The translations under genes were made by a program, and so were the position numbers. The notes below the pieces were generated by a model, which ran no database searches, had not been told where the DNA came from, and saw only the letters and a program-made list of their open reading frames with translations. A stretch of 64,000 bases of DNA from Candidatus Latescibacterota bacterium (GTDB lineage: Bacteria; Latescibacterota; UBA2968; GCA-2709665), in the NCBI GenBank assembly GCA_965116875.1, contig OZ220733.1, positions 2,176,001-2,240,000 of the forward strand, in the 5' to 3' direction. This document shows positions 26,866-37,588 of this stretch, piece by piece (position 1 is the stretch's first letter; each line of letters begins with the position of its first letter).

Positions 26866-29517
26866 CTAGTAGTGAAAGCTGTATTTCGCGTACCAGAACG
26901 CGCCGCCGAATCCGAACGGGCTGAACTGGCTGTACTTGTTGCCCGTCCTGTCCCTGGCCTTCTCGTGTTCGTCGGGATAGGTATTTAAGATGTTCTGGGC
27001 GCCGATCGCAATCTTCGACCTGTAGTCGTCGAACGAGACGCTGGTCTCGGCGTCGATCAGGACCTTGCCGCTGTAGACCTGATCGTCTTCGGAGTCGTAC
27101 CACTCGCCGAAATAGCTGATGCGACCCAGCACGTCCCAGCGGGTCGTGAGCGTTTGGGTGATGGTCAGGTTCCCGCGCTGTTTGGGGAGATTTTCCTCCA
27201 GTTCCCTCAGCCGCAGATCGTCCAGGATCTCCGGATTGTGTTCCGTAACCTTTGTTCCCGTGTAGTTGTATGCGACGTTCATCGCGCCCAGGCCCACCGG
27301 CACGGAGAACACGACGTCGATCCCCTGGGTCTTGGAGTTAAAGTCGTTTGTGAAAAAGCGGAATTCCTGCAGCCCTGCGGCGCTGGTGAGCCCCTCCCGG
27401 ATGAGTTGCTCCCTCTCAGGATCTGTAAGCGCAAAGTCCTGCGAAACCGTCAGGCGGTCGTTCACCCTGATGTCGAAGTAATCGACCGTCATGCTTGCCT
27501 TGCCCATATCCAGGACGACACCCAGCGAGAGGTTTTTGGACTTCTCGGGCACCAGAGGCTTGGCCCCTTTCAACGCGGCCGCCCGGCTTGTGGAGGGAAC
27601 CGTTCCGTTGTTCACCAGGTCGTTCTTCTCGAAGTTGAACTCGGTGGTGATGTTGAAGGCGCTCTGCTGGCCGGGCGTCGGCGCCCGGAAGCCGGTGCTG
27701 TAACTGCCGCGCACCCTGGCGTCCTCGGTTACGCCTATGTTGAAAGCGGCCTTGTAGTTGCTGGAATTGTACGTCTCGGAAGTCAGCGGCGGCGTGTTCG
27801 ACAACGTTTTCAATTCGTCGAAACGCTCCTGGCGCAGAGCGAGGGAAAATGACGCTCGGTCCGAGGGCTGAATGTCCCCTTCCGCGTAAACCGCTATGTT
27901 CGGTCTGGACCACCTGCCGGCGGCCACTTTGCTGAAGCCGGAAAAGCCGTTCGTCGCCGGCTGAAATCCCTGGCTGGCCAGCGGCTGGCCGATAATATAG
28001 GACTCGATCTGGCCCTCGACGATCTCAAACGTTTCTTTCCGGTATTCCAGACCCGCCGCAAGGAAGACCTGCGGGTTCACGGGGTAGGTCACACCCAGGT
28101 CCACGGTAACGTCCGACTGGACGTAGGAGCCCGGATCGAAATACGTGGGCGTGGCGGGACCCATGGATGCGTTCACCGTATTGAAGATGAAGTAGTCCGC
28201 CTCGTGACGCCCGTAAGACATGCTCAGGTCCCAGGATGCGAGCGCCTGCTGCCCGATGCCTGAGCCCTTAATGCCCATCAGGATAGATTCATCGGTTGTA
28301 AACGCGCCGAACCGCGGCGTGAATCCCCCCGGAAACATCTTCAGGAAGGAGAAACAGTTGGGATCGTCGCGAACCTGGAGCCATGCGTTCTGTTCGGGTC
28401 TGTTGTCAATGATGGGGACCGGCGCACATTCGCTGCCCTGACCCACACCGTCCAGATCGCCGACCAGCAGAGACGGCGTCTCTGCCTCGCCGTCCCCGTC
28501 CAGGTCAATCAGCGGACCCTTGAACACACCGCTTCGGGTATGTGGATTCCGGAAATAGAACCCGCCCTCCGTTTCCTTGTCCGCGTAGTTCGCGTGGCCG
28601 TAGAAATCGACGCTTTCGCCCAGAGTGGCGCCGTAGTTCGCGAAGATTTTCAGGTCGTCGCGAACGAATGGCTGACCCCAGATCTGGGCGGGATTCGCCA
28701 CCTCTGTGTTGCCCGCAGAAATCAGCCCCGCGGCGTCATTGCGCTGCACGGATCGGATGGTTTCACCGGTATTGCCATATTCCAGGCTGAGGTTGGCCCA
28801 GGTGTTTTCATTGCCCAGACCGATGTTGAACGCCGCCGTGAACATCTCGCCGTCGCCCAGGAACTTCCCTTCCCCATCCTGAAAGCTCCCCACCTTCACG
28901 TCCGCGGCCATGCCCTCGTGGCTGTCTTTCAGGCGGAAGTCCAGCACGCCCGCGATCGCATCGGATCCGTATTGCGCCGAGGCGCCGTCGCGGAGCACCT
29001 CCACGCGTTTCAGCGCGATGGCGGGGATGGCGGTGAGGTCGGGGCCCTGCGCGCCGTCCGCGACGCCGTTGCCCAGCCAGTGGATCACGGCAGCGCGGTG
29101 GCGGCGTTTGCCGTTGACGAGAACCAGTGCGTGGTCCGGCGCCAGGCCTCGCAGGTTGGGCGGCCGGACCACCGTTCCGGCGTCGCTGATGGGTTGGGAA
29201 TTGACGTTGTAGGAGGGAATCACGTTTCTCAACAGGTCGGTCATGTCCGTGCCGCCCTGCTTGACGAAATCCTCGCTGCTGACCACGTCGATGGGAACGA
29301 CCGATTTCGTCACGGAGCGCGGTCTCCGGGACCCGATCACAACCAGCTCTTCCAGCTCGACGATCTCGTCAAGGATGATTTCCGATGTATCGGACTCTGC
29401 CGCCTCCCCGGATTCCTGCGAGACGGAGACACCGGTCATGACGTGGAGGATGGAAATTGCAAATACAACGGGCAACAGAACAAACTTCGTCGATCTGAAA
29501 CTGTAACGGGACTTCAT
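26866..29517 (-). CDS. TonB-dependent receptor
   Basis: Signal peptide; TonB box EELVVIG; plug LRGL..DHALVLVNGKR; RVEVLRDGASAQYGSDAIAGV; aromatic C-terminus. Confidence 0.95.
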   Translation of the reverse strand: MKSRYSFRSTKFVLLPVVFAISILHVMTGVSVSQESGEAAESDTSEIILDEIVELEELVVIGSRRPRSVTKSVVPIDVVSSEDFVKQGGTDMTDLLRNVIPSYNVNSQPISDAGTVVRPPNLRGLAPDHALVLVNGKRRHRAAVIHWLGNGVADGAQGPDLTAIPAIALKRVEVLRDGASAQYGSDAIAGVLDFRLKDSHEGMAADVKVGSFQDGEGKFLGDGEMFTAAFNIGLGNENTWANLSLEYGNTGETIRSVQRNDAAGLISAGNTEVANPAQIWGQPFVRDDLKIFANYGATLGESVDFYGHANYADKETEGGFYFRNPHTRSGVFKGPLIDLDGDGEAETPSLLVGDLDGVGQGSECAPVPIIDNRPEQNAWLQVRDDPNCFSFLKMFPGGFTPRFGAFTTDESILMGIKGSGIGQQALASWDLSMSYGRHEADYFIFNTVNASMGPATPTYFDPGSYVQSDVTVDLGVTYPVNPQVFLAAGLEYRKETFEIVEGQIESYIIGQPLASQGFQPATNGFSGFSKVAAGRWSRPNIAVYAEGDIQPSDRASFSLALRQERFDELKTLSNTPPLTSETYNSSNYKAAFNIGVTEDARVRGSYSTGFRAPTPGQQSAFNITTEFNFEKNDLVNNGTVPSTSRAAALKGAKPLVPEKSKNLSLGVVLDMGKASMTVDYFDIRVNDRLTVSQDFALTDPEREQLIREGLTSAAGLQEFRFFTNDFNSKTQGIDVVFSVPVGLGAMNVAYNYTGTKVTEHNPEILDDLRLRELEENLPKQRGNLTITQTLTTRWDVLGRISYFGEWYDSEDDQVYSGKVLIDAETSVSFDDYRSKIAIGAQNILNTYPDEHEKARDRTGNKYSQFSPFGFGGAFWYAKYSFHY

Positions 29518-30107
29518 AGCGCAATTCCTTTATGTTTCGGGTTTCGCGAATCGGGCTGATGGTTGGTTTGATTCGCCGTGAAAGCGGCCGTCAACTTCGA
29601 CGTCGTCTGTGGTGACTCAGTTCATGACGACTCATATGGACTCGTTCTGGTGTTGTCCGTTAAGACCCGGACCGTGTGACCGCCGGGTCCCGGTCATTAT
29701 CGCGACGGAAAGGCGTACAAACGACTCCTCCCTCATCACCATAGGCAGTCTCTCCTATTGCGGTGTGACAGGATGTCATCTAGTGTCTCTTGACCGTTAA
29801 GGGATTCCGGGGAGGTTGTACCGGGCGCGGTTCGGGAATGAGAGCCCGCGGGGAAAACGCGCCTGGTAAGCAGAAATGCTGCAATTCTGTTACTAATATA
29901 GTAAAATCGCCGCAAATGGCAATGAACGAGCGAAAAAATATCCGGTATTTCGCACAATTCAAGGCTGAATTTCGGTCTGCGATGACCGCCACGCTGTCCC
30001 ACAGGCGCAAGTGAACGGCCGGATGTTCGTATCGAGCCGCCTTCTGACCGGGAATCAGACTCGTCTGCTATTGTCATCGGGCCGGATGTACCGACACTCG
30101 TCGCTTC

Positions 30108-30136
30108 TTGACTTGCACAACCGAAAGAAATATACT
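30108..30136 (+). promoter_or_regulatory. Putative sigma70 promoter
   Basis: TTGACT-17-TATACT upstream of the dehydrogenase operon. Confidence 0.6.
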
Positions 30137-30259
30137 ACTGCTCGTCAGGTTCGCGGAGTCGTGCGTCCGGCGCGGCAGGGAGGCGATTCTATGCCGCGCG
30201 CCTGAACGCGATGCAGCCATATCGGCGTCATTTTGTTCTGTGCACCATGAGGGATTGCA

Positions 30260-31228
30260 ATGTCAACCGTTAAAGTCGTCATGATGGCCGGTCCCTGGAC
30301 CGAATGGCGGGAACAGCTCGAATCCGTTTCGCCGCGCGTGACGGCGGTCGCCGCCCATTCCGAGGGGGACCTGCTGCGGGAGATTCCGGACGCGGAAGTC
30401 GTCTACGGGAGGCTGCCGAGAGCGCCATTTCTGGAGGCCGGAGAACTTCGATGGGTCCAGAGTATCGGCGTGGGATTCGAAACCATGCTGTATCCGGAAA
30501 TGATCGAGAGCGACGTGGTCATCACCAACACCGCAGGCGCATTCGACGCTGCGATGGCGGAACAGGCTCTCGCATTCATGCTGGTTCACGCGCGCGGGCT
30601 CCTGGTTTTCGAACGCGACAGGAAGGATCGTATCTGGGACCGGCACACGGAAACGGTCTCCCAGATCCACGGAAAAACGGCGTGCATACTCGGCCTGGGA
30701 TCCATCGGTCGCAGCATCGCCGCCCGGCTTAACGCCCTCGGGCTCGCGGTGACCGGTGTAGACGCCCAGGTCACGACGCCGCCCACGGGCGTGGGACGCC
30801 TGTTCAGGGCCGATGAACTGCTGGATGCCGTCGCCGATGCGGACTACGTCGTCGTAGCGCTGCCGCAGACCGAAAGTACCACCGGCATTATCGACGAGAC
30901 ATGTTTCAGCCGGATGAAGGCGTCGGCCTTTCTCGTGAATATCGCACGCGGCCCCATCGTAAACGAAGCCGACCTGGTCCGCGCCATCCAGGAGAAACGT
31001 ATCGCCGGAGCGGGCCTGGACGTTTTCGAAGAGGAACCGCTTCCCGATTCCAGCCCGCTATGGGACATGCCCAACGTCGTGTTCGCACCCCATTCCGCCG
31101 GGTACTCTCCCGAGGGTCGCGGAAATATCCTTCGCATCTTCAGAGAGAACCTTCGGCGCTACCTGGCGGAGGAACCCCTCATGAACGTGGTGGACAAGCG
31201 GAAGGGATACCTGATACAGACGTCTTGA
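30260..31228 (+). CDS. D-2-hydroxyacid dehydrogenase
   Basis: GLGSIG, NIARG, LDVFEEEPL, PHSAG. Confidence 0.92.
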   Translation: MSTVKVVMMAGPWTEWREQLESVSPRVTAVAAHSEGDLLREIPDAEVVYGRLPRAPFLEAGELRWVQSIGVGFETMLYPEMIESDVVITNTAGAFDAAMAEQALAFMLVHARGLLVFERDRKDRIWDRHTETVSQIHGKTACILGLGSIGRSIAARLNALGLAVTGVDAQVTTPPTGVGRLFRADELLDAVADADYVVVALPQTESTTGIIDETCFSRMKASAFLVNIARGPIVNEADLVRAIQEKRIAGAGLDVFEEEPLPDSSPLWDMPNVVFAPHSAGYSPEGRGNILRIFRENLRRYLAEEPLMNVVDKRKGYLIQTS

Positions 31229-31322
31229 TGGCACGTTCGGGAAGGCCATACCAACCGGTTTTGCGGGACCGCCCGGGTTCAGACAGGACCCGGTAAGCGG
31301 CCACTCCAATAGAGGAAGCCTG

Positions 31323-32591
31323 ATGTCATCCCCTGCCGCCTTCTCCGTTGTCGAAGCGGTTGCCCGCGCCTTCGAAGTACAGCCGATCGTCGATATCCAC
31401 ACCCACCTCTATCCGATTCAAATGGGTCCGCTCTGCCTGATGGGGCCCGACGAACTGCTTACCTACCACTACCTGAAGGTCGAAACCTGCCGCCAGCTTC
31501 CCTCCGGAACCTCCGTCGCCCGGTTCAACGCACTGTCAAAGCGCCGCCAGGCCGACGTTGTCTGGCGCACCCTTTTCGCGGGGACCGGCAGCCCGCTCTC
31601 CGAAGCGCAACTCGGCGTGGTAACCGTGATGTCCGCGCTCGGCCTGAACCCCCGGGCGGACAGCCTGGCCGAATTCCGCGCATTGTTTTCAGAGACGGAC
31701 CCGGAAGACTACGTTGATCTCATCTTCCGCAAGTCCGGGGTCTCCCGCGTCTATATGACCAACGATCCGCTGGACGACCTGGAGGCTCCCGTCTGGCAGG
31801 CGGGATTCGAGCGGGACGCCCGTTTTGTGGCTGCCCTCCGGCTGGACAGCGCCCTGGCCGGGTGGCCCGCGCCCGTGGCGAAATTGAAGGCGCTGGGTTA
31901 CAGAGTGGAAGACGTACTCTCGCCCCGGACAGTTGAGGAACTTCGGCGCTACCTCGCCGACTGGATCGCGAGAATGGATGCCCGGTACCTGGCTGTTTCC
32001 CTCCCGCCCTGCTTCGACTATCCTTCCAAATCCGCCGTTGCGAAACTGCTGGACGCCGCGGTCTTCCCCACAGCCCGCGAACGTGGAATTCCCGTGGCCA
32101 TGATGGTGGGTGTCAGGCGCGGGGTCAACCCCCTGTTGCGGGACGGGGGCGACGGCATGGGAAAATGGGACGTCGCCTTTCTCGAGAACATCGCCCGGGA
32201 ATGGCCCGGGGTGAACTTCCTCGTCACGCTGCTTTCCCGCGAAAACCAGCATGAACTCTGCGTGGCCGCCAGGAAATTCCCCAACGTCACGCCGTTCGGA
32301 TGCTGGTGGTTCCTGAACAACCCCAGCATCATCCCGGAAATCACCGCCGAACGCCTTGAACTGCTGGGAACCGGCTTCGTGCCCCAGCACTCGGACGCCC
32401 GCGTCCTGGACCAGCTGCTATATAAGTGGACCCATTCCATCAGCGCCATCGCCCCGGTATTCGTCCGAAAGTACGAAGCGCTCAGGAACGCCGGTTGGCC
32501 GCTGACAGAACAGGATATCCATAACGACGTCGCACGGATGTTCGGCGGCGGCTTACTCTTTGCGAAGGAACAGGAAGCGGAATCGGAATAA
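31323..32591 (+). CDS. uxaC: Uronate (glucuronate) isomerase-like amidohydrolase-fold protein
   Basis: DIHTHL, LLTYHYL, MTNDP, GCWWF, QHSDARVLDQLLYKW (divergent BH0493-type family). Confidence 0.8.
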   Translation: MSSPAAFSVVEAVARAFEVQPIVDIHTHLYPIQMGPLCLMGPDELLTYHYLKVETCRQLPSGTSVARFNALSKRRQADVVWRTLFAGTGSPLSEAQLGVVTVMSALGLNPRADSLAEFRALFSETDPEDYVDLIFRKSGVSRVYMTNDPLDDLEAPVWQAGFERDARFVAALRLDSALAGWPAPVAKLKALGYRVEDVLSPRTVEELRRYLADWIARMDARYLAVSLPPCFDYPSKSAVAKLLDAAVFPTARERGIPVAMMVGVRRGVNPLLRDGGDGMGKWDVAFLENIAREWPGVNFLVTLLSRENQHELCVAARKFPNVTPFGCWWFLNNPSIIPEITAERLELLGTGFVPQHSDARVLDQLLYKWTHSISAIAPVFVRKYEALRNAGWPLTEQDIHNDVARMFGGGLLFAKEQEAESE

Positions 32592-33229
32592 TGAGAATGA
32601 ACGCGGTGACCGCCGCCAGCCTTCTGGCAAATGTCGTCCTGCTCGCCGTTCTGCTGTCGAACGGCGACGTCAGGGAGGACCGATGGCAAACCGTGGAGGG
32701 CGACAGCGCGGATCTCTTCGACGGGGAATCGCTGGACGGGTGGCGGCCGCTCTCGGAACAGTGGACCGCCGGGGATGGAGCGATCGAGTGTCCCACTTCC
32801 AACGGGATACACTACCTGATCTCCGAAAGGATCGTCGACCGGCCGTTTCGACTCCGCTACCAGGTGATGCTCGTCGAAAGGTCGAGGAACGACGGCAAGA
32901 TCGTGGGCTTCGTCGACGACGCGGGCGACAACATGCTGGTGGCGATCGATGACGACAATCCGCACACGATTCAGATCGACAGCGGGCGCAAGGTCTTCGA
33001 CAAATCCGGTATCTACGGCCCCTGGAAGTTCGAGTCCAATGCGGATTTCCGGATCGAAACCGGCCGATGGTACGACGTGGTCTGCACCGTGGACGGGTCG
33101 GACTTTACAGTCGGCGCCGGCGACGTGCAGTTGAGTCATCCATACAGACCTGAGTTTCCCGTATCGATCTGGCTGGAAGTACAGCGCACGGGCGCGAAAT
33201 ACCGAAACATCCGGGTTGAGAAGCTGTAG
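32591..33229 (+). CDS. Exported DUF1080-like (ConA-like) domain protein
   Basis: N-terminal hydrophobic helix; DLFDGESLDGW ... YRNIRVEKL. Confidence 0.65.
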   Translation: MRMNAVTAASLLANVVLLAVLLSNGDVREDRWQTVEGDSADLFDGESLDGWRPLSEQWTAGDGAIECPTSNGIHYLISERIVDRPFRLRYQVMLVERSRNDGKIVGFVDDAGDNMLVAIDDDNPHTIQIDSGRKVFDKSGIYGPWKFESNADFRIETGRWYDVVCTVDGSDFTVGAGDVQLSHPYRPEFPVSIWLEVQRTGAKYRNIRVEKL

Positions 33230-33304
33230 TTGCCCGCGTGCCGGCCCGCCTTCGGGAACGCGCTGGCGGTTTGGCCCACCGTATCGGGTGACCGGGTTGC
33301 CGGT

Positions 33305-34492
33305 TCAACGAAGCCACGACCACCGCGCGGCCACCTCGCCCTCCTCGCCGTGCCGTTCCCGGAGCATCGCTTTTTCGGCAGCTCCCGCCCGGAGCAGGCC
33401 CACCAACCGGTCGCACGTCAGTTCCACTTCCGCGTCCGTCATTTCCATCGCATCCACGGTGAAGTACCCCTCGTCGGTATGGTGCGCGCGAAGACGGATG
33501 GAGGGATCTCCCTCCATCATCTCGAGGTTGATCACGGCGGCGCTCAATCCCGTTTTCTCCGCATCCACGGTCACCCTCGCGCGGCTGAACGGGTTCCCGT
33601 TGGGATCGGGATCCACGCTGAGACCGACCCCGTCTATCCCTTCAAGGCGCGCCATCACCCGGTCCAGTTTCCGGTTCTGCTCCGCCTCCCAACCCGGCAC
33701 GTCCAGACGCATCCGATACTCCAGCGCCGCCATCGCGCCGACGATTCCCTCTTTTCCCACCTTCATCGGCCTCCCGATCCCCCTGTTCTGCAGGTTCAGC
33801 GCCCGCACGAGATCCTCCCGGCCGCAGACCACGCCGGCCGTGGTTCCCGAGAGATATTTATGCCCGCTGCAGACGACCAGGTCCGCGCCCGTGTCCAGGA
33901 TCCTTCTGATGACGAACGATTGCGCCGCCCCGTCAACGATCACCGGGACCCCGTGCTCGTGCGCGATCTCGACCACCCTCGCCAGGGGCAGGGCGCCGTA
34001 CCGGACGGTATGGTGCGACACCACGAAGACCACAGCGGCAGTCCGGTCTCCGATGGCGTGCCTCAGATGCTCCTCGGTGGAGCGGTGTACCGTACCAATC
34101 TCCACGGCCACGGCGCCGGCCAGCCGGATCATCTGCGTTACCGGGGCGCCGAAGTTCACCGCGTGGCCCTTCTGAATCACGACTTCGTTGGCCATCCCGG
34201 TCGTGTCCGGAAGCTGCCAGACCCGTCCGACGTCGTTTCCGGTCATGGACGCGGCGACGCCCAACGTGATGCCGGCCGCGGTACAGGCGGTCACGCACCC
34301 CCACTGCGCGCCCGTGGCGCGTACGATCACCTCTCCCGCGCGCTCCTGGAGCTCATCCAGATCGTAGAAGCAGCCCATCGCGCGCGTCACCTCTTCGACG
34401 ACCTCAGGCAATACGACAGCCCCCGCCAGATGCGTCATCTTCCCGCAGGCGTTGATGACGCGGGTCAATCGGTACTTTTCGTACAGGTCCAT
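33305..34492 (-). CDS. SelA-like PLP enzyme (DgaE/D-glucosaminate-6-P ammonia-lyase-like)
   Basis: RVINACG..T.L.G, IQKGHAVNFGA, VDGAA, SGHK, GIGRPMKVGKE. Confidence 0.82.
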   Translation of the reverse strand: MDLYEKYRLTRVINACGKMTHLAGAVVLPEVVEEVTRAMGCFYDLDELQERAGEVIVRATGAQWGCVTACTAAGITLGVAASMTGNDVGRVWQLPDTTGMANEVVIQKGHAVNFGAPVTQMIRLAGAVAVEIGTVHRSTEEHLRHAIGDRTAAVVFVVSHHTVRYGALPLARVVEIAHEHGVPVIVDGAAQSFVIRRILDTGADLVVCSGHKYLSGTTAGVVCGREDLVRALNLQNRGIGRPMKVGKEGIVGAMAALEYRMRLDVPGWEAEQNRKLDRVMARLEGIDGVGLSVDPDPNGNPFSRARVTVDAEKTGLSAAVINLEMMEGDPSIRLRAHHTDEGYFTVDAMEMTDAEVELTCDRLVGLLRAGAAEKAMLRERHGEEGEVAARWSWLR

Positions 34493-34721
34493 TTTCGTTC
34501 CTCCGAACTCCACAAGGGGCGGGCGGCGATACCGATCGGTCCTGTTTCTTTCTGCGCTCCGCCAGGGGAACAATTGAAAGGGCAGACATGAATGTCCGCC
34601 CCACCTTCAATTCGGCTTTCTGAAGGTCTCGACAGGACAATGTGGGCGAAACGACGAATGATTGGCGATCAATGCGGCCTGGATGGCACGCTCCGGAGCG
34701 TTGGGGACGGTCTTCCGCCCG

Positions 34722-36092
34722 TCAACTTCCCAGTGCCTCGTCGACCGACTCGCCCAACACCGCAAGCCCCTCTGCCACGGCTTCCTCGTTGATCGTCAGC
34801 GGCGGCGAGATCTTTACCGTCTGTCCCCAGGACCCCACCGGCGCGAAAAACAGCAGTCCCTTGTGAAAGCAGCGTTCCACCACGTCGAAAGCCAGATCCG
34901 GATCCGGCTCCTTCAGACCCGGCCTGACCATCTGCAACCCCGCAACAAGCCCCCTTCCCGTGCAATTGCCGATCACGCGCGGATGACGCGCCTGAATCGC
35001 GCGCAATCCGTCCATCATCAGAGGCTCCATCCGGGCCGCATTGCCCGCCAGGTCGTCCCCCACGATTTTCTTCAGGCTGGCCAGCGCCGCCGCCGCGCAG
35101 ACCGGGTTGCCGGTATGGGTGCTGGTCATGGATCCGGGCGGATATTGATCCATCACTTCCGTCCGGCCGATCACGCCCGAAAGCGGAAGGGAACTGCTCA
35201 CGCCCTTGCCGAACGTGATCATATCGGGCGTGACGCCGTAGTGTTCGAACCCCCACATGGTTCCGGTCCGTCCGAACCCGGCCTGGACTTCGTCGAAGAT
35301 CAGCAGAGCCGCGTGCGCCCGGCACCATTCGGCCAGGGCCCGGGCGTATTCAACCGGCAGAAAGTCGGGTCCCACGCCCTGGTAGGTCTCCACGATCACT
35401 CCGGCGACGTCGTCGGCCTCAATTCCCCTCTCATTCAGGGTCGTGCAGAAGTGGTCGAAATCGGTATTCCCGGTCCAGTATCCGTCTGGAAAAGCGGCCT
35501 GTACGATGGCGGGATCCTCATTTACGATCCAATCCTTCTGCCCGGGCATGCCGCCGGCCTGCTGCGCCCCGAGCGTCCGCCCGTGGAACCCGCGTTCAAA
35601 GCCCACGATCCCGATCTTTCGGCTCCCGCCCTGTGCGATTCCCCATGTACGCGCCAATTTGATTGCGTTTTCGGTGGCTTCCGAACCCGTTGTCAGCAGA
35701 AACACCTTTTCCAGCCCCTCCGGCGCCAGCCGAACCAGAAACTCGGCGAGCTCAGCCCTCGCGGCGTTGGGAAACACGTAACTGTGCAGAAGTCCGTTGT
35801 TGACCTGATCCAGAATTGCCTTTCTCACCTCCGGCATCCCGTGGCCCGCGTTGGTCACCAGCACCCCGGAACTCCAGTCCAGCCACATATTTCCGTACTT
35901 GTCGTAGACACGGACGTCCTCTGCCCGGTCCCACACGACGGGCGGCTGTCCCCGCATGGAAGTCGGCTCGTACGTTCGCAACGCCTCGAGCACGGGAACC
36001 GACTCCGGATGCGGCAATCCGGAGACGATTCGCCTGTATTTCGTGTTCACGCGGGGAACGTCCCGGGGTGTGATATCGAACTCCCTGCCCAT
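34722..36092 (-). CDS. Class III aminotransferase (GabT-like)
   Basis: TGSEATENA, FHGRT, IFDEVQAGFGRTG, FGKG, THTGNP. Confidence 0.92.
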   Translation of the reverse strand: MGREFDITPRDVPRVNTKYRRIVSGLPHPESVPVLEALRTYEPTSMRGQPPVVWDRAEDVRVYDKYGNMWLDWSSGVLVTNAGHGMPEVRKAILDQVNNGLLHSYVFPNAARAELAEFLVRLAPEGLEKVFLLTTGSEATENAIKLARTWGIAQGGSRKIGIVGFERGFHGRTLGAQQAGGMPGQKDWIVNEDPAIVQAAFPDGYWTGNTDFDHFCTTLNERGIEADDVAGVIVETYQGVGPDFLPVEYARALAEWCRAHAALLIFDEVQAGFGRTGTMWGFEHYGVTPDMITFGKGVSSSLPLSGVIGRTEVMDQYPPGSMTSTHTGNPVCAAAALASLKKIVGDDLAGNAARMEPLMMDGLRAIQARHPRVIGNCTGRGLVAGLQMVRPGLKEPDPDLAFDVVERCFHKGLLFFAPVGSWGQTVKISPPLTINEEAVAEGLAVLGESVDEALGS

Positions 36093-36189
36093 CGCATCCT
36101 CCTGAGAAGCTTCCTGAATTGAACAGCGGGCCGCAAGCTGCCGTCCGAACCCGTCGGCGCGGCGTCTCACGGCCCGTTGTTCCCTTACC

Positions 36190-37473
36190 TTATATTGGCT
36201 TTTCGTAAATTCGCTGAAAGACCGCTTCCGGTCCTTCGTCTATCCTGCAGGGATCGATGATGGTGATGCCGTCTTCGCCGAATCGGGCCGTCACCGGCGT
36301 CCCCCTGCCTTCCTGCAGATACCTGAAGTTCAGATCCCGCACGCGCCTGGCCGCGTCCACGATCGCAACCGTAATCCGCCCGTCCGCCGCGGTAGGGTAG
36401 ATCCCGTCCACGTCCTCCCGCGTCTCCCCGAGGAATTTGATGCGGCAGGCGGCGACCAGCCCCACCGTGATGCTGTCCACGCCGTAGCCGATATACGCCT
36501 CCGAGCCATCCGGGCGCCTGACGTCGCGCGTCATATGGTTGTTCGCCGTACGGCTGCCGCCCCCGTTGTACCAGAAACGCAGACCCCGGTATTGCTGATC
36601 GGACTCCACCTTTCCGTCGGTACCCACGATCTCATGCCCCTGATTCACCGGTCCCTCGAAATCGTCGGGCGTGATCCAGTTGTTGTGGAAATAGATGCTC
36701 ATTCCATTGTCGAACTCCACCCGCACCTGAACCGCGTCGTAGGCGTCGATGCCCTCGCGAACCAGCCGCTTCTTCTGTCCCACAGCCGAAAGCGCGACCG
36801 GTTTGCTCCTGAAATAGTTGTAAATCAGGTCCGTCCAGTGTGGGCCGACATAGCTGAACGGGTCGCTCTGCTCCGCCCATTTGAACGTACTCGTGGACAC
36901 CTCCAGCGGCTCTTCGAGTACGGCCTGCCCGTAAAGCGGATCACCGATCCGGGTGGAGAGATCGTGCTGGACGCGGAGATGATCGGGATCGTATCGCTTG
37001 TGCATATCCACGCAGACCACCAGCCCTTTCGCGTCGGCAAGTTCGATGATCTCGTCCGCCTCCTCGATCGACAGACACATCGGTTTTTCCATGACCACGT
37101 GCGTTCCGTTCCGCAGCGCGGCCAGCGTCACCTCGGTATGCAGGTGGTCCGGGGTGACTACGGCCATGACGTCCAGATCGGGTACGTCGCGCAGCACGTC
37201 CTCCCACGGCTTTTCACCCCAGTAGGCGCCCGGCTCGCGCCCCGTGGACGCCCTGAAGTTCTCACTTGCCTTTTCCGCGGACCCCCGGGACCGCGTGGCC
37301 ACGGCCACCAGGTCGAATTGTACGTCGGCCAGGTCCCGCGCCCACGGGTCCAGACCGACCCGCCCGAGATTGCCACTGATTCCCATCCGCTGCAGATCGG
37401 CGAATGCCCTGGCGTGTACGTCGCCGCCGAACATCCCCGCGCCGATCAGCGCGATCTTCATCGTGCGCTGCAT
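36190..37473 (-). CDS. Gfo/Idh/MocA oxidoreductase
   Basis: GAGMFG, TPDHLH, MEKP, HKRYDP. Confidence 0.9.
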   Translation of the reverse strand: MQRTMKIALIGAGMFGGDVHARAFADLQRMGISGNLGRVGLDPWARDLADVQFDLVAVATRSRGSAEKASENFRASTGREPGAYWGEKPWEDVLRDVPDLDVMAVVTPDHLHTEVTLAALRNGTHVVMEKPMCLSIEEADEIIELADAKGLVVCVDMHKRYDPDHLRVQHDLSTRIGDPLYGQAVLEEPLEVSTSTFKWAEQSDPFSYVGPHWTDLIYNYFRSKPVALSAVGQKKRLVREGIDAYDAVQVRVEFDNGMSIYFHNNWITPDDFEGPVNQGHEIVGTDGKVESDQQYRGLRFWYNGGGSRTANNHMTRDVRRPDGSEAYIGYGVDSITVGLVAACRIKFLGETREDVDGIYPTAADGRITVAIVDAARRVRDLNFRYLQEGRGTPVTARFGEDGITIIDPCRIDEGPEAVFQRIYEKPI

Positions 37474-37588
37474 TCGCTACCTCGCCTTTCCATTTTGCCG
37501 GCACTCTTCCGGCGGCCGACGTGACAGGTTTGTCGCTTCATCGATTCGAGTCGACACGACGGCCACGGGGCCGGAAACGGGCGCGGTG

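Noticed and set aside
29640-29765. Glycine or cobalamin riboswitch before the TonB receptor (GGAGAGAC seen)
   Set aside because: The remaining conserved cores (CCGAAG/CTCAGG; GGGAA...GCCACTG) are not present.
33305-34492. Selenocysteine synthase SelA
   Set aside because: Shorter than SelA, DgaE-type motifs, and no selB/selC/selD nearby.
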